Source: Patescibacteria group bacterium
GTDB taxonomy: Bacteria > Patescibacteriota > Patescibacteriia > SG8-24 > DYFX01
DNA: 64,000 bases
Assembly (NCBI GenBank): GCA_030583805.1
Contig: CP129476.1
Span: 509,429 to 573,428 of the forward strand
Direction: 5' to 3'
Positions 55,201 through 62,461 of the stretch are shown in pieces. Each line of letters opens with the position of its first letter. Position 1 is the first letter of the stretch. The notes under the pieces are model-generated. The model was given only the letters and a program-made list of their open reading frames with translations, was not told the DNA's origin and searched no databases. Both the position numbers and the translations under genes were made by a program.

Positions 55201-58200
55201 CGCCGGTTGAGGCGTTGCCGCAAGCCGAGAGGCCCGGCGTCGAACCGACGAGCAAGCAGGCGGTCGTGCAGCCTGCGGCCGCCGTGCCGTTGGCAGGACC
55301 CGCATCGCACTCTTCGCCGCGATCCGCCTGGATCGCGCCGTCGCCGCAGCCATTGGCAAGCGTATTGCCGGTCAACAAGCAATTGGCGTTGCAACCGTTC
55401 AAACCGGGCGTGTCGCAGGCTTCGCCGCGCTCGAGGGTGCCGTTGCCGCACGCGGGCGTACCCGGCGGCTGGCTTCCCGTCATGAGGCAGTTCGTCGAAC
55501 AGCCGGCCGGAAGGACGGGGTTGGTATTGATCAATGTTCCCGGCGGCACGTCGGGCAAGAACGAGAAGGCAACCGGCGCGGCCGGGTTCTGCGCCTTGCT
55601 CCAAGCCCAGTTATAGGAAGCCGCGCTCAGGATCTGGCCGCCCGCCGCGCACGCATCAGGAGAGCTGAGCGGGAGCGCGTTCACCGCCGAAACCTGGCCG
55701 ATGTAACGCAGCGTCGTCTGCGAGGGTTCCACAATGACGCGCTGCGGGCCGCACGGATCGCCGGTAAGGCGCGTGCGGAAAATCCAGCTGAAGGCGTTGC
55801 CTTCGTAGTTCAATCCCGTAAGCGGCGCCTGGCTCGTGCTCATAGCCGTGCCGAGAATGACCGCGCGGTACCAGGTATTGGCCGCCAGAACCGGATTGCC
55901 GAACGTCAGGAGGCGCGACGCCGCGGTGTAGCTCGGAGCAAGCGGCACTTCGCCCTCGAAGGCGAGGCACGATTCGTTGCGGCAGCGGTACAAGCGGACA
56001 TTCGAAAGGATGCTGCCCGGTCCGCTCTCGATCATCGGCGTGTTGAAGTACGCGAAGCTCACGGAGTTCACGCAGGCCTGATCGCAATCATGCGGCCCGT
56101 AGTCCACCACGCGCGGGTTGGCGTAGTCGATCGTCAGCGTGCCCGCATCGCTAAAACCGTCGACGGTCGAGCGGATCTGGATCGGCGGACCAGGGTCTGT
56201 TTCGGAAACCGGCGTCGCGACGGCTTCGCATTGGCGCGAGCCGCCGAGCGAGACGATCGTCGCTTTTCCGGGATCGGTCGAAACCCAGTTCACCGTGCGT
56301 CCGTCGCACGAAAGAATCACGCAGCGGCTTGAAAGCGGGAAGGCTTGGTAGTCTTTGGTTTCGTCGGCGGCGGAAATCAAGGCGTTGCCCGGCTGTACGT
56401 CGACGCCCGAGAGCGTGCAGGGGCCCGCGCCCGTCTTAAAGGACGTAACGTAGGCGCCGCCCGCACGGCTGTCGTAGTTGCCGTCGAGCGGTTGCGCGCC
56501 GCGCTCCGGCGTTCCCAAGCTTTGCACCTGGTCGCGGATCGTCAGGCGGTACCACGTGTCCGGCTGGAGGCCGTTCACGGGCAGTACGAGCTGCGAGCGG
56601 CCATCCGTGTCGTAATCGACGATCGAAGGCGCGCCGGCCGAAGCGACGGGCGTGCAGGTGTTGGAAATGGTGGCGCCAGTGCCGCAAGCTTCGAAAATGA
56701 CGTTGGAAGCGTTGATCGTGGCCGGATCCATCGGCAAGCTGAAGCGCGCCGTCATGGCGCCCATGTCGGTGCAGACGTCGGTCATGCCTTTGAACGGATT
56801 CGGGCTCGGCATCGCCGACGGCGGCGAGACTTGGCACGTCGCGTTCTCCATTACGATCGGGAAGATCGGAATCGGGCCGGTTGAAAATTGCCACGCGAAA
56901 CCGCCGGCAGCCGCGGGAGCGCCGCACGACGCGCGGCACGCGCCGTCATCGCAGCAGCTGCGTCCGCTGCCGCAAGAGGCGTCGCCACCGCTTTCACGGC
57001 AGTCGCGTACCTGGAAATTGACGCCGTTCGATTCAGCCGGCGTGGCGCCGACAAACGTGCGCACGCGCACGGGGCCGGTCGTCGCGCCATCCGGAACGGA
57101 AGCGGCGATCGACGAAGACTGCCACTGGCCGATCGAAGCGGCGTTCTGGTTCTCATTGAAACGGACGGCATCAGGATGCAGCGCCGTGAAGGCCGGGAGA
57201 TCGGCGGCGGAAATCGTGCCGAAGCCGTCGCCGTACAACGTAACCGACGTGCCGACCGGACCGTTGTCGGGGTCGACGCGGCAGAGGCCGGGCGTGAGCG
57301 GGTCGGTGTTGATCGTGAACGGCACGGCGTTCGAAGCGCGGCCGTCGGAACGCACGACCGTGACGTTGTAGGCGCCGAGCGCCACGGCAGTGTCAGCCGG
57401 TGTCGTGAAACGCGCCGGCACTTTGACGGTCACGCTGGCGTTCGTCCAATAGCCCGCCGCGCATTGCGCCGGGAAGCTGATGTCGCCAACCGCCTCGCCG
57501 GCGGCGTTCCGGAAACGCACCGTGCCTCCGGATCCGAAGTTGGAACCAAAGACCGAAAGATACGTGCCCACGGAACCGTCTTCAGGCGTGAGGTATTCGA
57601 TGCGCGGTTCCGTTCCGGCCTCGGGAGGCTCGACGCGGATGCATGCGGGGTTCGAAGGCTGGCCGCCGACCGTCACGCGCAACAAGAAATTCGAGCCGTC
57701 AAAGTCGGTTTCGACGTTCGGAATGGTCGGCGAGAACGAGGTTTCGCTCCACGGCGACACCTGCGAGGCCTCGGCAGCCGTCGCCCAGTCCTGGATTTGC
57801 GAGCAGTCCGAACCGGCGCGCGTGAGCTGCACGCGCGAATCGCCCTGTCCGCCGCCGAAGGCGACGCCCGTCACCGTGACGGTATTGCCGGTTTTGACCG
57901 AGGTCGGAGCGACCGAGCAAATACCCGGGCGCGCAACGTCGTTCACTTGGAAATCGGTGATGATCGGTCCGTAGGCGTCGTTGGTCGCGTCTTGGCGGCC
58001 GCCGGAAGCCGTGACGCGGATCGGTCCCGTGACCGCGCCTTGCGGCACGAGCACGACGATACGCGTATCGCTCCAAGCGTTGGCACATTGCGCAACGGTC
58101 GCATCCTGTTCATCCCCCGCCGCGGCCGTTCCCAAGAACGTGACGGTTCCCGCCGTCGAGCCGAAGCGGTCGCCCGTGATCGTCACGAGGTTGCCGGGAC

Positions 58201-59530
58201 GGCCGTCGCGCAACTGCACGTCGGTGATTTGAGGATTCTCGACGCACTGGCCGTTCTGGCAGAGGCCGGAAGCGCATTGGCCGTTCTGCGTGCAAGCGCC
58301 GCCGGTGCACGCGCCGCAGGAGCCTCCGCAATCGACGCCGACCTCGTCTCCGTCGCGCACGTTGTTGAAGCAGAACTGCGGACGCACCGTGACGCGCACC
58401 GCGCTTGAGCTCGCGTTGTCGCCGTCGATATTGAAAGCGCGCGCCGAAAGCGAAACGGTGCGAACCGGCACGAGTCCGGCCGTGTCCCACACCGCCTCGC
58501 TCGAGTAGGTTGAGGGCGCGATGTTTTGCGCATTGCCGTCCGCCGTGAAGAAGGCGCCGTCAGCCAAGTATTCGACGGAAGCGATGCCGGCCTCGTCGGT
58601 CGCGATCGCCTGGATCGGCACGAGATCGCCGGCCGGCACGGACTGTCCGTCGGTCGGGCTCGAAATCGTGATCGTCGGCGGTTCCGTCAGCACCGTGTCG
58701 CCCGTGCGGAAGCTCTGCGAGCAGGTCGCCCCGAGACCGCAGCTGATCGTGCGCGGATCCGATGTCGAGGCGTTGCGAAGGCCGGCGCTCACCGTGATTT
58801 GATAGTCGGAGTTCTGTTCGAGGCAGCGCCGGTCGGCGTTCGGAGCCGGGCACGGCGTAACTGGACGCAAGCGGATCGTGAAATTCTCGACGATCGGCTC
58901 GTAGTCGACGTTCGTGCGCGTCGTGCCTTCGACTTTTTCAAGACGAATGTTGGCGCGGATGTTCGTCGCGTCGTCGGTCGGCGCGGCGCTGAACGTGACC
59001 GCCGCCGTGACGTCGTATTTGGCGAGCGAACCTGCCGGCTGGATGGCCGTCGGGCGGAAAGCGCCTCCCGTACCGCCGCCGAATCCGCCGCCTCCCCCGC
59101 CTCCGCCACCGCCGCCTCCCCCGCCGGGGCCTCCGGTCGTCGCGGTGATGAGGGCGCTCAGGACGTAGGAAACGATAGCGAAAGCCGACATGATGATCAC
59201 GAGACCGATCACCGCGCCGGAGAGCGTCTTTTTCGCCCGTTCGATCTTGCTTTCATCCCCCGCCGCGGTCATCCAGGTGAAGCCCGCGTACAGGATGAGC
59301 ATGAGCGCAATCGTGCCGAGTAGGCCGAGGCCGACGCGGATGATGCGCGCGATCGTGATGCGGATGTCGGCCGTGCCGGTGCCGATTTCGGCGCCGATCT
59401 GTCCGGGCAGGAGTTCGTTCGACGTCACGCTTTGCGCAAGCGCCGCGTCATGAGACGCGAACCACAAGCACGGCGCGAGCAGCGCCAGCGCAATGATCCA
59501 TGATCGATGACGTCGGAAGAACGCGCACAT
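49274..59530 (-). CDS. Giant (3418-aa) cell-surface protein. It has an N-terminal signal plus VirB2/TrbC-pilin-like double-TM anchor, a poly-Gly linker, multiple IPT/TIG-like Ig-fold domains, many myxococcus-type Cys-rich repeats (CGDG...EECDDGN), an EGF-like Cys module and a C-terminal beta-rich domain.
   Basis: N-terminus ...AALAQSVTSNELLPGQIGAEIGTGTADIRITIARIIRVGLGLLGTIALMLILYAGFTWMTAAGDESKIERAKKTLSGAVIGLVIIMSAFAIVSYVL then GGPGGGGGGGGGGGGGGFGGGTGG. IPT-like PQITDVQLRDGRPGNLVTITGDRFGSTAGTVTF.... Cys repeats CGDGVRNGSETCDDGANNGEYGFC, CGDGETNGDEECDGN, CGNGVIEGAEQCDDGAANSPNGAC, etc. Uninterrupted 10.26-kb ORF. Confidence 0.85.
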   Translation of the reverse strand: MCAFFRRHRSWIIALALLAPCLWFASHDAALAQSVTSNELLPGQIGAEIGTGTADIRITIARIIRVGLGLLGTIALMLILYAGFTWMTAAGDESKIERAKKTLSGAVIGLVIIMSAFAIVSYVLSALITATTGGPGGGGGGGGGGGGGGFGGGTGGAFRPTAIQPAGSLAKYDVTAAVTFSAAPTDDATNIRANIRLEKVEGTTRTNVDYEPIVENFTIRLRPVTPCPAPNADRRCLEQNSDYQITVSAGLRNASTSDPRTISCGLGATCSQSFRTGDTVLTEPPTITISSPTDGQSVPAGDLVPIQAIATDEAGIASVEYLADGAFFTADGNAQNIAPSTYSSEAVWDTAGLVPVRTVSLSARAFNIDGDNASSSAVRVTVRPQFCFNNVRDGDEVGVDCGGSCGACTGGACTQNGQCASGLCQNGQCVENPQITDVQLRDGRPGNLVTITGDRFGSTAGTVTFLGTAAAGDEQDATVAQCANAWSDTRIVVLVPQGAVTGPIRVTASGGRQDATNDAYGPIITDFQVNDVARPGICSVAPTSVKTGNTVTVTGVAFGGGQGDSRVQLTRAGSDCSQIQDWATAAEASQVSPWSETSFSPTIPNVETDFDGSNFLLRVTVGGQPSNPACIRVEPPEAGTEPRIEYLTPEDGSVGTYLSVFGSNFGSGGTVRFRNAAGEAVGDISFPAQCAAGYWTNASVTVKVPARFTTPADTAVALGAYNVTVVRSDGRASNAVPFTINTDPLTPGLCRVDPDNGPVGTSVTLYGDGFGTISAADLPAFTALHPDAVRFNENQNAASIGQWQSSSIAASVPDGATTGPVRVRTFVGATPAESNGVNFQVRDCRESGGDASCGSGRSCCDDGACRASCGAPAAAGGFAWQFSTGPIPIFPIVMENATCQVSPPSAMPSPNPFKGMTDVCTDMGAMTARFSLPMDPATINASNVIFEACGTGATISNTCTPVASAGAPSIVDYDTDGRSQLVLPVNGLQPDTWYRLTIRDQVQSLGTPERGAQPLDGNYDSRAGGAYVTSFKTGAGPCTLSGVDVQPGNALISAADETKDYQAFPLSSRCVILSCDGRTVNWVSTDPGKATIVSLGGSRQCEAVATPVSETDPGPPIQIRSTVDGFSDAGTLTIDYANPRVVDYGPHDCDQACVNSVSFAYFNTPMIESGPGSILSNVRLYRCRNESCLAFEGEVPLAPSYTAASRLLTFGNPVLAANTWYRAVILGTAMSTSQAPLTGLNYEGNAFSWIFRTRLTGDPCGPQRVIVEPSQTTLRYIGQVSAVNALPLSSPDACAAGGQILSAASYNWAWSKAQNPAAPVAFSFLPDVPPGTLINTNPVLPAGCSTNCLMTGSQPPGTPACGNGTLERGEACDTPGLNGCNANCLLTGNTLANGCGDGAIQADRGEECDAGPANGTAAAGCTTACLLVGSTPGLSACGNASTGVGEACDDGNSEGGDGCSSRCLLEGSRQNVYVCGNGALEPGEQCDYILGAGGLATQILVAGRPSVALGASDERNPTRPNFACGQSCLLRGNPVTCTAGTNCCGNGVIEPAKGENCDAAAENGDPSSGCSSRCTKTGSDPELRAFCGDTVVTVKPADVLTGIQNGGGEECEAPALDANIDPTQVVEARNQCDARNNCNASVTAAIGTVSGQGSVNVECSCRADSDCSAFGSNLSCGAGACCYPRPDAPDINPKGGNECRNVQISVQFGEEMNTGSLQGGLIVESCPSHAYNENGPRSWFARAASSIGRFFRSLVGLEVSASHICAPVEGTFTHTNVTAPDGTVRTLSTFAPRQMLSSSRLYRVTVRGGQTGVKTVKGVGYPETVDTIQDFTTGTDVCRFDVVQTTPATELIQDSAIPLTITATAMTDRGGRLEAIAPVPGVYDWTWSWATIPENATVGALLDLTAAAGASSATVQATKGINGQEQVAATARIQTDTALTPSTAGSDKIGKSSITIMLCQMPWPRRNILTGAWAPYVDPQTHFEFYYCRDNAGTSLPELMPQPVQGQSVGGSGLLRFCAATTDFSQPRACVSNADCNAGDTCRSKDLLFRFQPEWRVSDAIGMRVYENYDRLTPQEWYVAQRFSGKTEAATVDGYQAIKDERTVYVGAADKYGDPDIRSYIYVFAYNDNADPRTAEIFNRLVGNVNFNTNLVPSDRVTNVCKNAAGEILHLTAESTAPIMCSTDLDCVRALPAGPADMRCDSDKDKIRRDMRRWQDMRVIENALETTREQTGFYPKVESGSFVRGFTTSKWPSWSQQLGAAGAVVDPVNAFNRCEAFGSECSISRTACAADGDCAGGAGDVCRPTFEAETCYNDTLGVFACPAHSHVYQYRSIGGIDYRMSVDFEYVTYQWLGTSCAAKTSLFSCEAALGCSWIPTGPTTGNCTTRISITPVCAGLPSPTAPKACLTTGAACTASAECSVQDVCMPIGVPLVGPAAGGACGNGLLEGTEACEIGQTRNVACASGGQSLESCNAACEWQVQTACPGPAACGNGSLETFAGESCDDGAQNGQYGRCRSGSLGCVKRCVNITKRAAFDGNCADGSCDLAQACATNSDCSGLPFPSVCTDRMNFCGDGVRNGSETCDDGANNGEYGFCAWDCRGAGPRCGDGETNGDEECDGNQATAPGVCIPSGSSLADTNGASSNYASCSSNSDCASGETCALCAVTPGGLPQTRAKSCKPATEPVGEACTFNDWSVCRPSGACGNGVIEGAEQCDDGAANSPNGACLTSCRLNVCNDGFVRSGVEQCDNGAANGVLCTPQYGSVCNYCKNDCSIETISGAFCGDRTITAPPETCDPGPVTAWCSRTYQNPADTSGVKGCTTNNDCLPGVCRNYPGASTPSAAAPSKQRFARSDVAIPMYGPLGEAALRFAGTIATFATCGPGECNAGVPGDTTPPVIGPITTAPTSPNTADSVVITVSDVTDAAALVDNIDIYLTTAGVKVLRQTCRYNPRLASAACSVNVGALSAGIHVISIDAFDGNGNMSTRDQNLTVTTASGGGPPRVDIGDTGTSFDPGYTPYTGTGTSAPEGAPCRSASDCVSGQYCQGGEGQCIAFNTQCQPEPYTNTQAAATARKCKVNGRLCTNDAECGANGPCVAYRMDGSCNYCSNACFGTNAKSPAFCGDSVRQTQFGEQCDGQGDPQARGQGTTYVCRNDCVYDPNGGYCGDGIIHSAYGEVCDNNTFAGGSAPSCASQGAGTAGQVLCSRGCGLYTGGCDNGTLLPGDFRFKISWPTPHNAANEVDLYVKAVYSSGPLAGQTKYFGWKASAADTRYVGNGNFAADHIRLFWDVTGGTHATDPEIMVLSTQSLPQGTYHVFANGGSCFVDGNYANMPEFNRNSGWWKAASATIKSNSIFTIESGSDASVSGVTSGTTRLLSSVSDISGNPCMWYIGRIDKTAASPEGRFTMKNKYVNRADGPNASD
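59068..59135. repeat. GC-only simple repeat (ggc/ggg/gga codon run on the coding strand) encoding the poly-Gly linker of the giant protein
   Basis: Plus-strand ccgccgccgaatccgccgcctcccccgcctccgccaccgccgcctcccccgccggggcctcc. It is a homopolymeric-codon tract prone to slippage. Confidence 0.7.
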
Positions 59531-59533
59531 AGG

Positions 59534-61321
59534 TTATGGGAGGAAACCGCAGGCGACCTGCGAGGGTACGCCGTTGCAGCAGAACGCTTCGTTTCCGGTG
59601 CAGACCGTTTGGCCCGCGCCCGGATAGAAGCAGTTCTGACGCAAGTCGCGCAGGCCCGAAGTCAGGCTGAGCGCGTACGGCTGGTTGATCGACAAGAGAT
59701 CGTGGTCGATGATGCCTTTCGTCTGGTCCGGATCGCCGCCGGCGACCGAAGAAACCGACTCGGTCGCGAGCGAGAAGTTGGTCGGAGCGCCGTTCGCGCC
59801 GGGCACGAGCTTCGCGTTATCGCTCGTGAAGCTCGCCGAGCTCATGAGCTTCGAGAACGTCACGGACATCGGCAGATCGCGGGCGATCGAGCCCTGCAGC
59901 ACCGCCGGTTCGTGCGAAACCACGACAGGCGGCACGAGATCGATTTCGTTGGAGGTGCGGAAGTCGTAGTCGTAGTCGTCGTCCGGAGAACCTTGCGCCG
60001 CGCCGTTGCCGTTGCCGTCGAGCGAATTGCCCGCCATGTCGGTGATGCCGTTCGGAGGATAGATGCCGAGCGGCGGCGCGGCCGTGAGCGCGTCGGCGCG
60101 GACGCTGACGTTGATCTGCTGGTTGGCCGGGAGACAGAAGACCTGCTCGCCGCACGAGTTCGTGCCGCACGATTCGTCCGTGCGGAATTCGACGGTGCGG
60201 TAGGCGTTGCCGATTTGCTCCCGGCCCGCGACGACGTTGCCGCCCGACCGCGTGATGGAGAAGCCGGAGCCGACGCTGACCGGATCGATCGCTTCATTGA
60301 ACGTGACGTGGACGAGCGAGTTGCGCGGAACGCCGCTCGCGCCGTCGGCCGGCACGACGTACGAAACCTGGGGCGGCGTAAGATCGAGTACGGTCGACAC
60401 TTGGAACTCCCAGAGATAGCCGGAGTTGAACGTGCCGGTGAAGGCCGGAGCACCCCCGTCGCGCCGCACGCCGTCGGTGCCGCCGCGAAGCGCGATCGTA
60501 TAGAAGACGTTTTCCGTCGGGCTGCCGAAGCAGTTTGCCGGACAGTTGCGCTGCAGGAACGTGAAGCTGCGGCCGTCGGCCGAAACGGCGACGTCGATGT
60601 CCGCGGCCGTCAGGCTCTGGGCGAATTTCTGAGGGAATTGATTCGAAGCCGCGCCCACGTCGACCGATTTCAAGATGGCGACCGTGGCATTGGCTCCGCC
60701 CACGACGATCGAGGCGGGATCGATGCGCTGCTTGAAAGTCACGACAACGCGCGTGTTGCGCGCGACGCCGGTGGCGTTGCGATTCGGGTAGTGGCTTTCG
60801 ATGATGCCGTTGCCCAAGGCGCCCGCCGGACACGTCGCGGAAAGGCCGATGCAGGCGATATCGTTCGGCGCGCTGGAACCGCCGCCCGTGCCTCCCCCGC
60901 CGAGCGCGCCGCCCTCGCCGAGCAGCCTGCTGATGACGAACGAGGTGATGGCGAACGCCGACAGCATAATCACGAGGCCGATCACGGCGGACGTCAGGAT
61001 TTTCTTGGCGCGATCGACCTTCTCGGGATCGCCGGCAGCCGTCATCCAAATGAAGCCGGCGTACAAGACGAGGAGAAGCGCGATCGTGCCGAGGAAACCG
61101 AAGAATGCGCGAATGATGCGCGCGATCGTGATGCGGATGTCGCCCGTGCCGGTGCCGATGACTTCGCCGATCTCGGTCGGCAGCACTTCATTCGACGTGA
61201 CGCCTTGCGCCTGCGCGACATGCGCGAATGCGTAAGACGCAAAAACCACCAACACGAAACTGGCGACCGTGAAGGTGGCTTTGACGAGCGTTTGGGAGAG
61301 TGACTTCCTTCCTGAGAGCAT
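59534..61321 (-). CDS. 595-aa surface protein sharing the VirB2/TrbC-pilin-like N-terminal anchor and Gly linker with the giant gene, then Ig-like/BIG-like beta domains and a Cys-rich C-terminus
   Basis: ...AQAQGVTSNEVLPTEIGEVIGTGTGDIRITIARIIRAFFGFLGTIALLLVLYAGFIWMTAAGDPEKVDRAKKILTSAVIGLVIMLSAFAITSFVISRLLGEGGALGGGGTGGG.... A stretch of ~60 nt is nearly identical to the giant gene (gatgcgcgcgatcgtgatgcggatgtcg.ccgtgccggtgccgat). Confidence 0.8.
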   Translation of the reverse strand: MLSGRKSLSQTLVKATFTVASFVLVVFASYAFAHVAQAQGVTSNEVLPTEIGEVIGTGTGDIRITIARIIRAFFGFLGTIALLLVLYAGFIWMTAAGDPEKVDRAKKILTSAVIGLVIMLSAFAITSFVISRLLGEGGALGGGGTGGGSSAPNDIACIGLSATCPAGALGNGIIESHYPNRNATGVARNTRVVVTFKQRIDPASIVVGGANATVAILKSVDVGAASNQFPQKFAQSLTAADIDVAVSADGRSFTFLQRNCPANCFGSPTENVFYTIALRGGTDGVRRDGGAPAFTGTFNSGYLWEFQVSTVLDLTPPQVSYVVPADGASGVPRNSLVHVTFNEAIDPVSVGSGFSITRSGGNVVAGREQIGNAYRTVEFRTDESCGTNSCGEQVFCLPANQQINVSVRADALTAAPPLGIYPPNGITDMAGNSLDGNGNGAAQGSPDDDYDYDFRTSNEIDLVPPVVVSHEPAVLQGSIARDLPMSVTFSKLMSSASFTSDNAKLVPGANGAPTNFSLATESVSSVAGGDPDQTKGIIDHDLLSINQPYALSLTSGLRDLRQNCFYPGAGQTVCTGNEAFCCNGVPSQVACGFLP

Positions 61322-61348
61322 GGGACAGGAGGGTAGGGTTTCCCGGAA

Positions 61349-61804
61349 CTACGCTTTGTTTTGCAAGAACTCTTTGACCTTTTTGCCGACCAGGCCGCCG
61401 TCGGCCTTTCCCTTCAATTCTTTCATCATTTCGCCCATAAGGCGACCGAACGCGGCTTCGCCGGAGAGTCCGAGCTCGGTGGCTTTTTTGACCACGGCGG
61501 CTTGAACGTCTTCTTCGGAAAGCTGCGCAGGGAGAAACGTTTCGAGGAGCGCGAGTTCGGACTGCGTCGATTCGGCCAAGTCCTTGCGATCGGCCTTCTC
61601 GAAATCCGAGAGGGCATCGCGCAATTTTTTGACTTCGCGTCCGATGACTTCGATCGCCTCGTCATCGCTCAGCTCTTTCACTTGCTTGTCGATCTCGGCA
61701 TTTTTCATGGCCGAGCGGAGCATGCGAAACGCGGATACGGCCGGGGCGTCCTTGGCCTTCATCGCTTCGACGAACCGCTTTTCGATGTCGCTTCTGAGAG
61801 ACAT
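61349..61804 (-). CDS. GatB/YqeY-domain protein
   Basis: MSLRSDIEKRFVEAMKAKDAPAVSAFRMLRSAMKNAEIDK...LSDDEAIEVIGREVKKLRDALSDFEKADRKDLAES...LLETFLPAQLSEEDVQAAV.... Canonical YqeY. It directly follows rpsU as in Bacillus rpsU-yqeY. Confidence 0.9.
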   Translation of the reverse strand: MSLRSDIEKRFVEAMKAKDAPAVSAFRMLRSAMKNAEIDKQVKELSDDEAIEVIGREVKKLRDALSDFEKADRKDLAESTQSELALLETFLPAQLSEEDVQAAVVKKATELGLSGEAAFGRLMGEMMKELKGKADGGLVGKKVKEFLQNKA

Positions 61805-61807
61805 AGC

Positions 61808-62059
61808 TTAACGATGAGTACGTTTCTTGGCGCGGAGGTCTTCTTCTTTCAGCTTGCCGCTTTTGAGCAGATACTCGCGGCGGGCGGCCAGGAACTGGCG
61901 GCGGAGCGCGGCGTCGCGCTGGCCGTTCTTGTTCTTTTCAGCCGTGTGAAAACGGGTTTTCTTGGCTTGCAGAACGCGGCCGGACTGCTGAATGCGGCGG
62001 CTGAAACGACGAAGCAGAGCTTCAAAGCTCTCTCCCTTTTTGCGTTTGACTTCAACCAC
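61808..62059 (-). CDS. rpsU: 30S ribosomal protein S21 (GTG start)
   Basis: MVEVKRKKGESFEALLRRFSRRIQQSGRVLQAKKTRFHTAEKNKNGQRDAALRR.... AAGGAAGG SD is 8 nt upstream of the GTG. Confidence 0.85.
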   Translation of the reverse strand: MVEVKRKKGESFEALLRRFSRRIQQSGRVLQAKKTRFHTAEKNKNGQRDAALRRQFLAARREYLLKSGKLKEEDLRAKKRTHR

Positions 62060-62090
62060 AACAATACACCTTCCTTTCTACTTAAAAATA

Positions 62091-62107
62091 GTGAGACCGG
62101 GTCTCAC
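62091..62107. promoter_or_regulatory. Perfect 17-bp palindrome gtgagacc-g-ggtctcac about 32 nt upstream of the rpsU start, in the 5' leader/promoter of the long rpsU...pyk operon; candidate operator or leader hairpin
   Basis: Seen in the sequence. Its function is inferred only. Confidence 0.3.
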
Positions 62108-62146
62108 AAGCACAGTACCAGAGCGGGAAACGAAGGTCAATAAGGC

Positions 62147-62175
62147 AAAAATCCGCCGGTTAAGGCGGATTTTTG
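62147..62175. terminator. Bidirectional terminator-like hairpin aaaaatccgcc-ggttaa-ggcggattttt
   Basis: Perfect 7-bp stem with A-run and T-run on either side. It lies about 290 nt beyond the stop of the 62462..62791 minus-strand gene and upstream of the rpsU promoter. Confidence 0.5.
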
Positions 62176-62461
62176 GGGAGATTCTCAAGTAATTTTGCCT
62201 ATATCAACCGCTAGTCCTGCACGAGGAATACGCGGCATATATCATGCCGCCTACAACAGACCCCTATTTTCACGCAAGTCTAAGGTGTCCCTTTGGTGTC
62301 AGGTACGGATACTTGCAACCTGATAGGACAACGCCGTCGCCCCGTCATACTCATGGCCAGCGAAAGCGCGCTGACCGACACCTACTCCGGTTTTTTCGAT
62401 GGTTTCGACCATGTCTCAAACGGGTCGCTCGGTCTTTCGCGCTTATGGAATCATGGAGCCA

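Noticed and set aside
50027-58408. Many plus-strand ORFs (for example 52010..54298 at 762 aa, 56888..58408 at 506 aa) and alternate-frame minus ORFs inside the giant gene
   Set aside because: The 49274..59530 frame is a single uninterrupted 10.26-kb ORF with coherent domain content. The others are Arg/Ala-rich artefacts.
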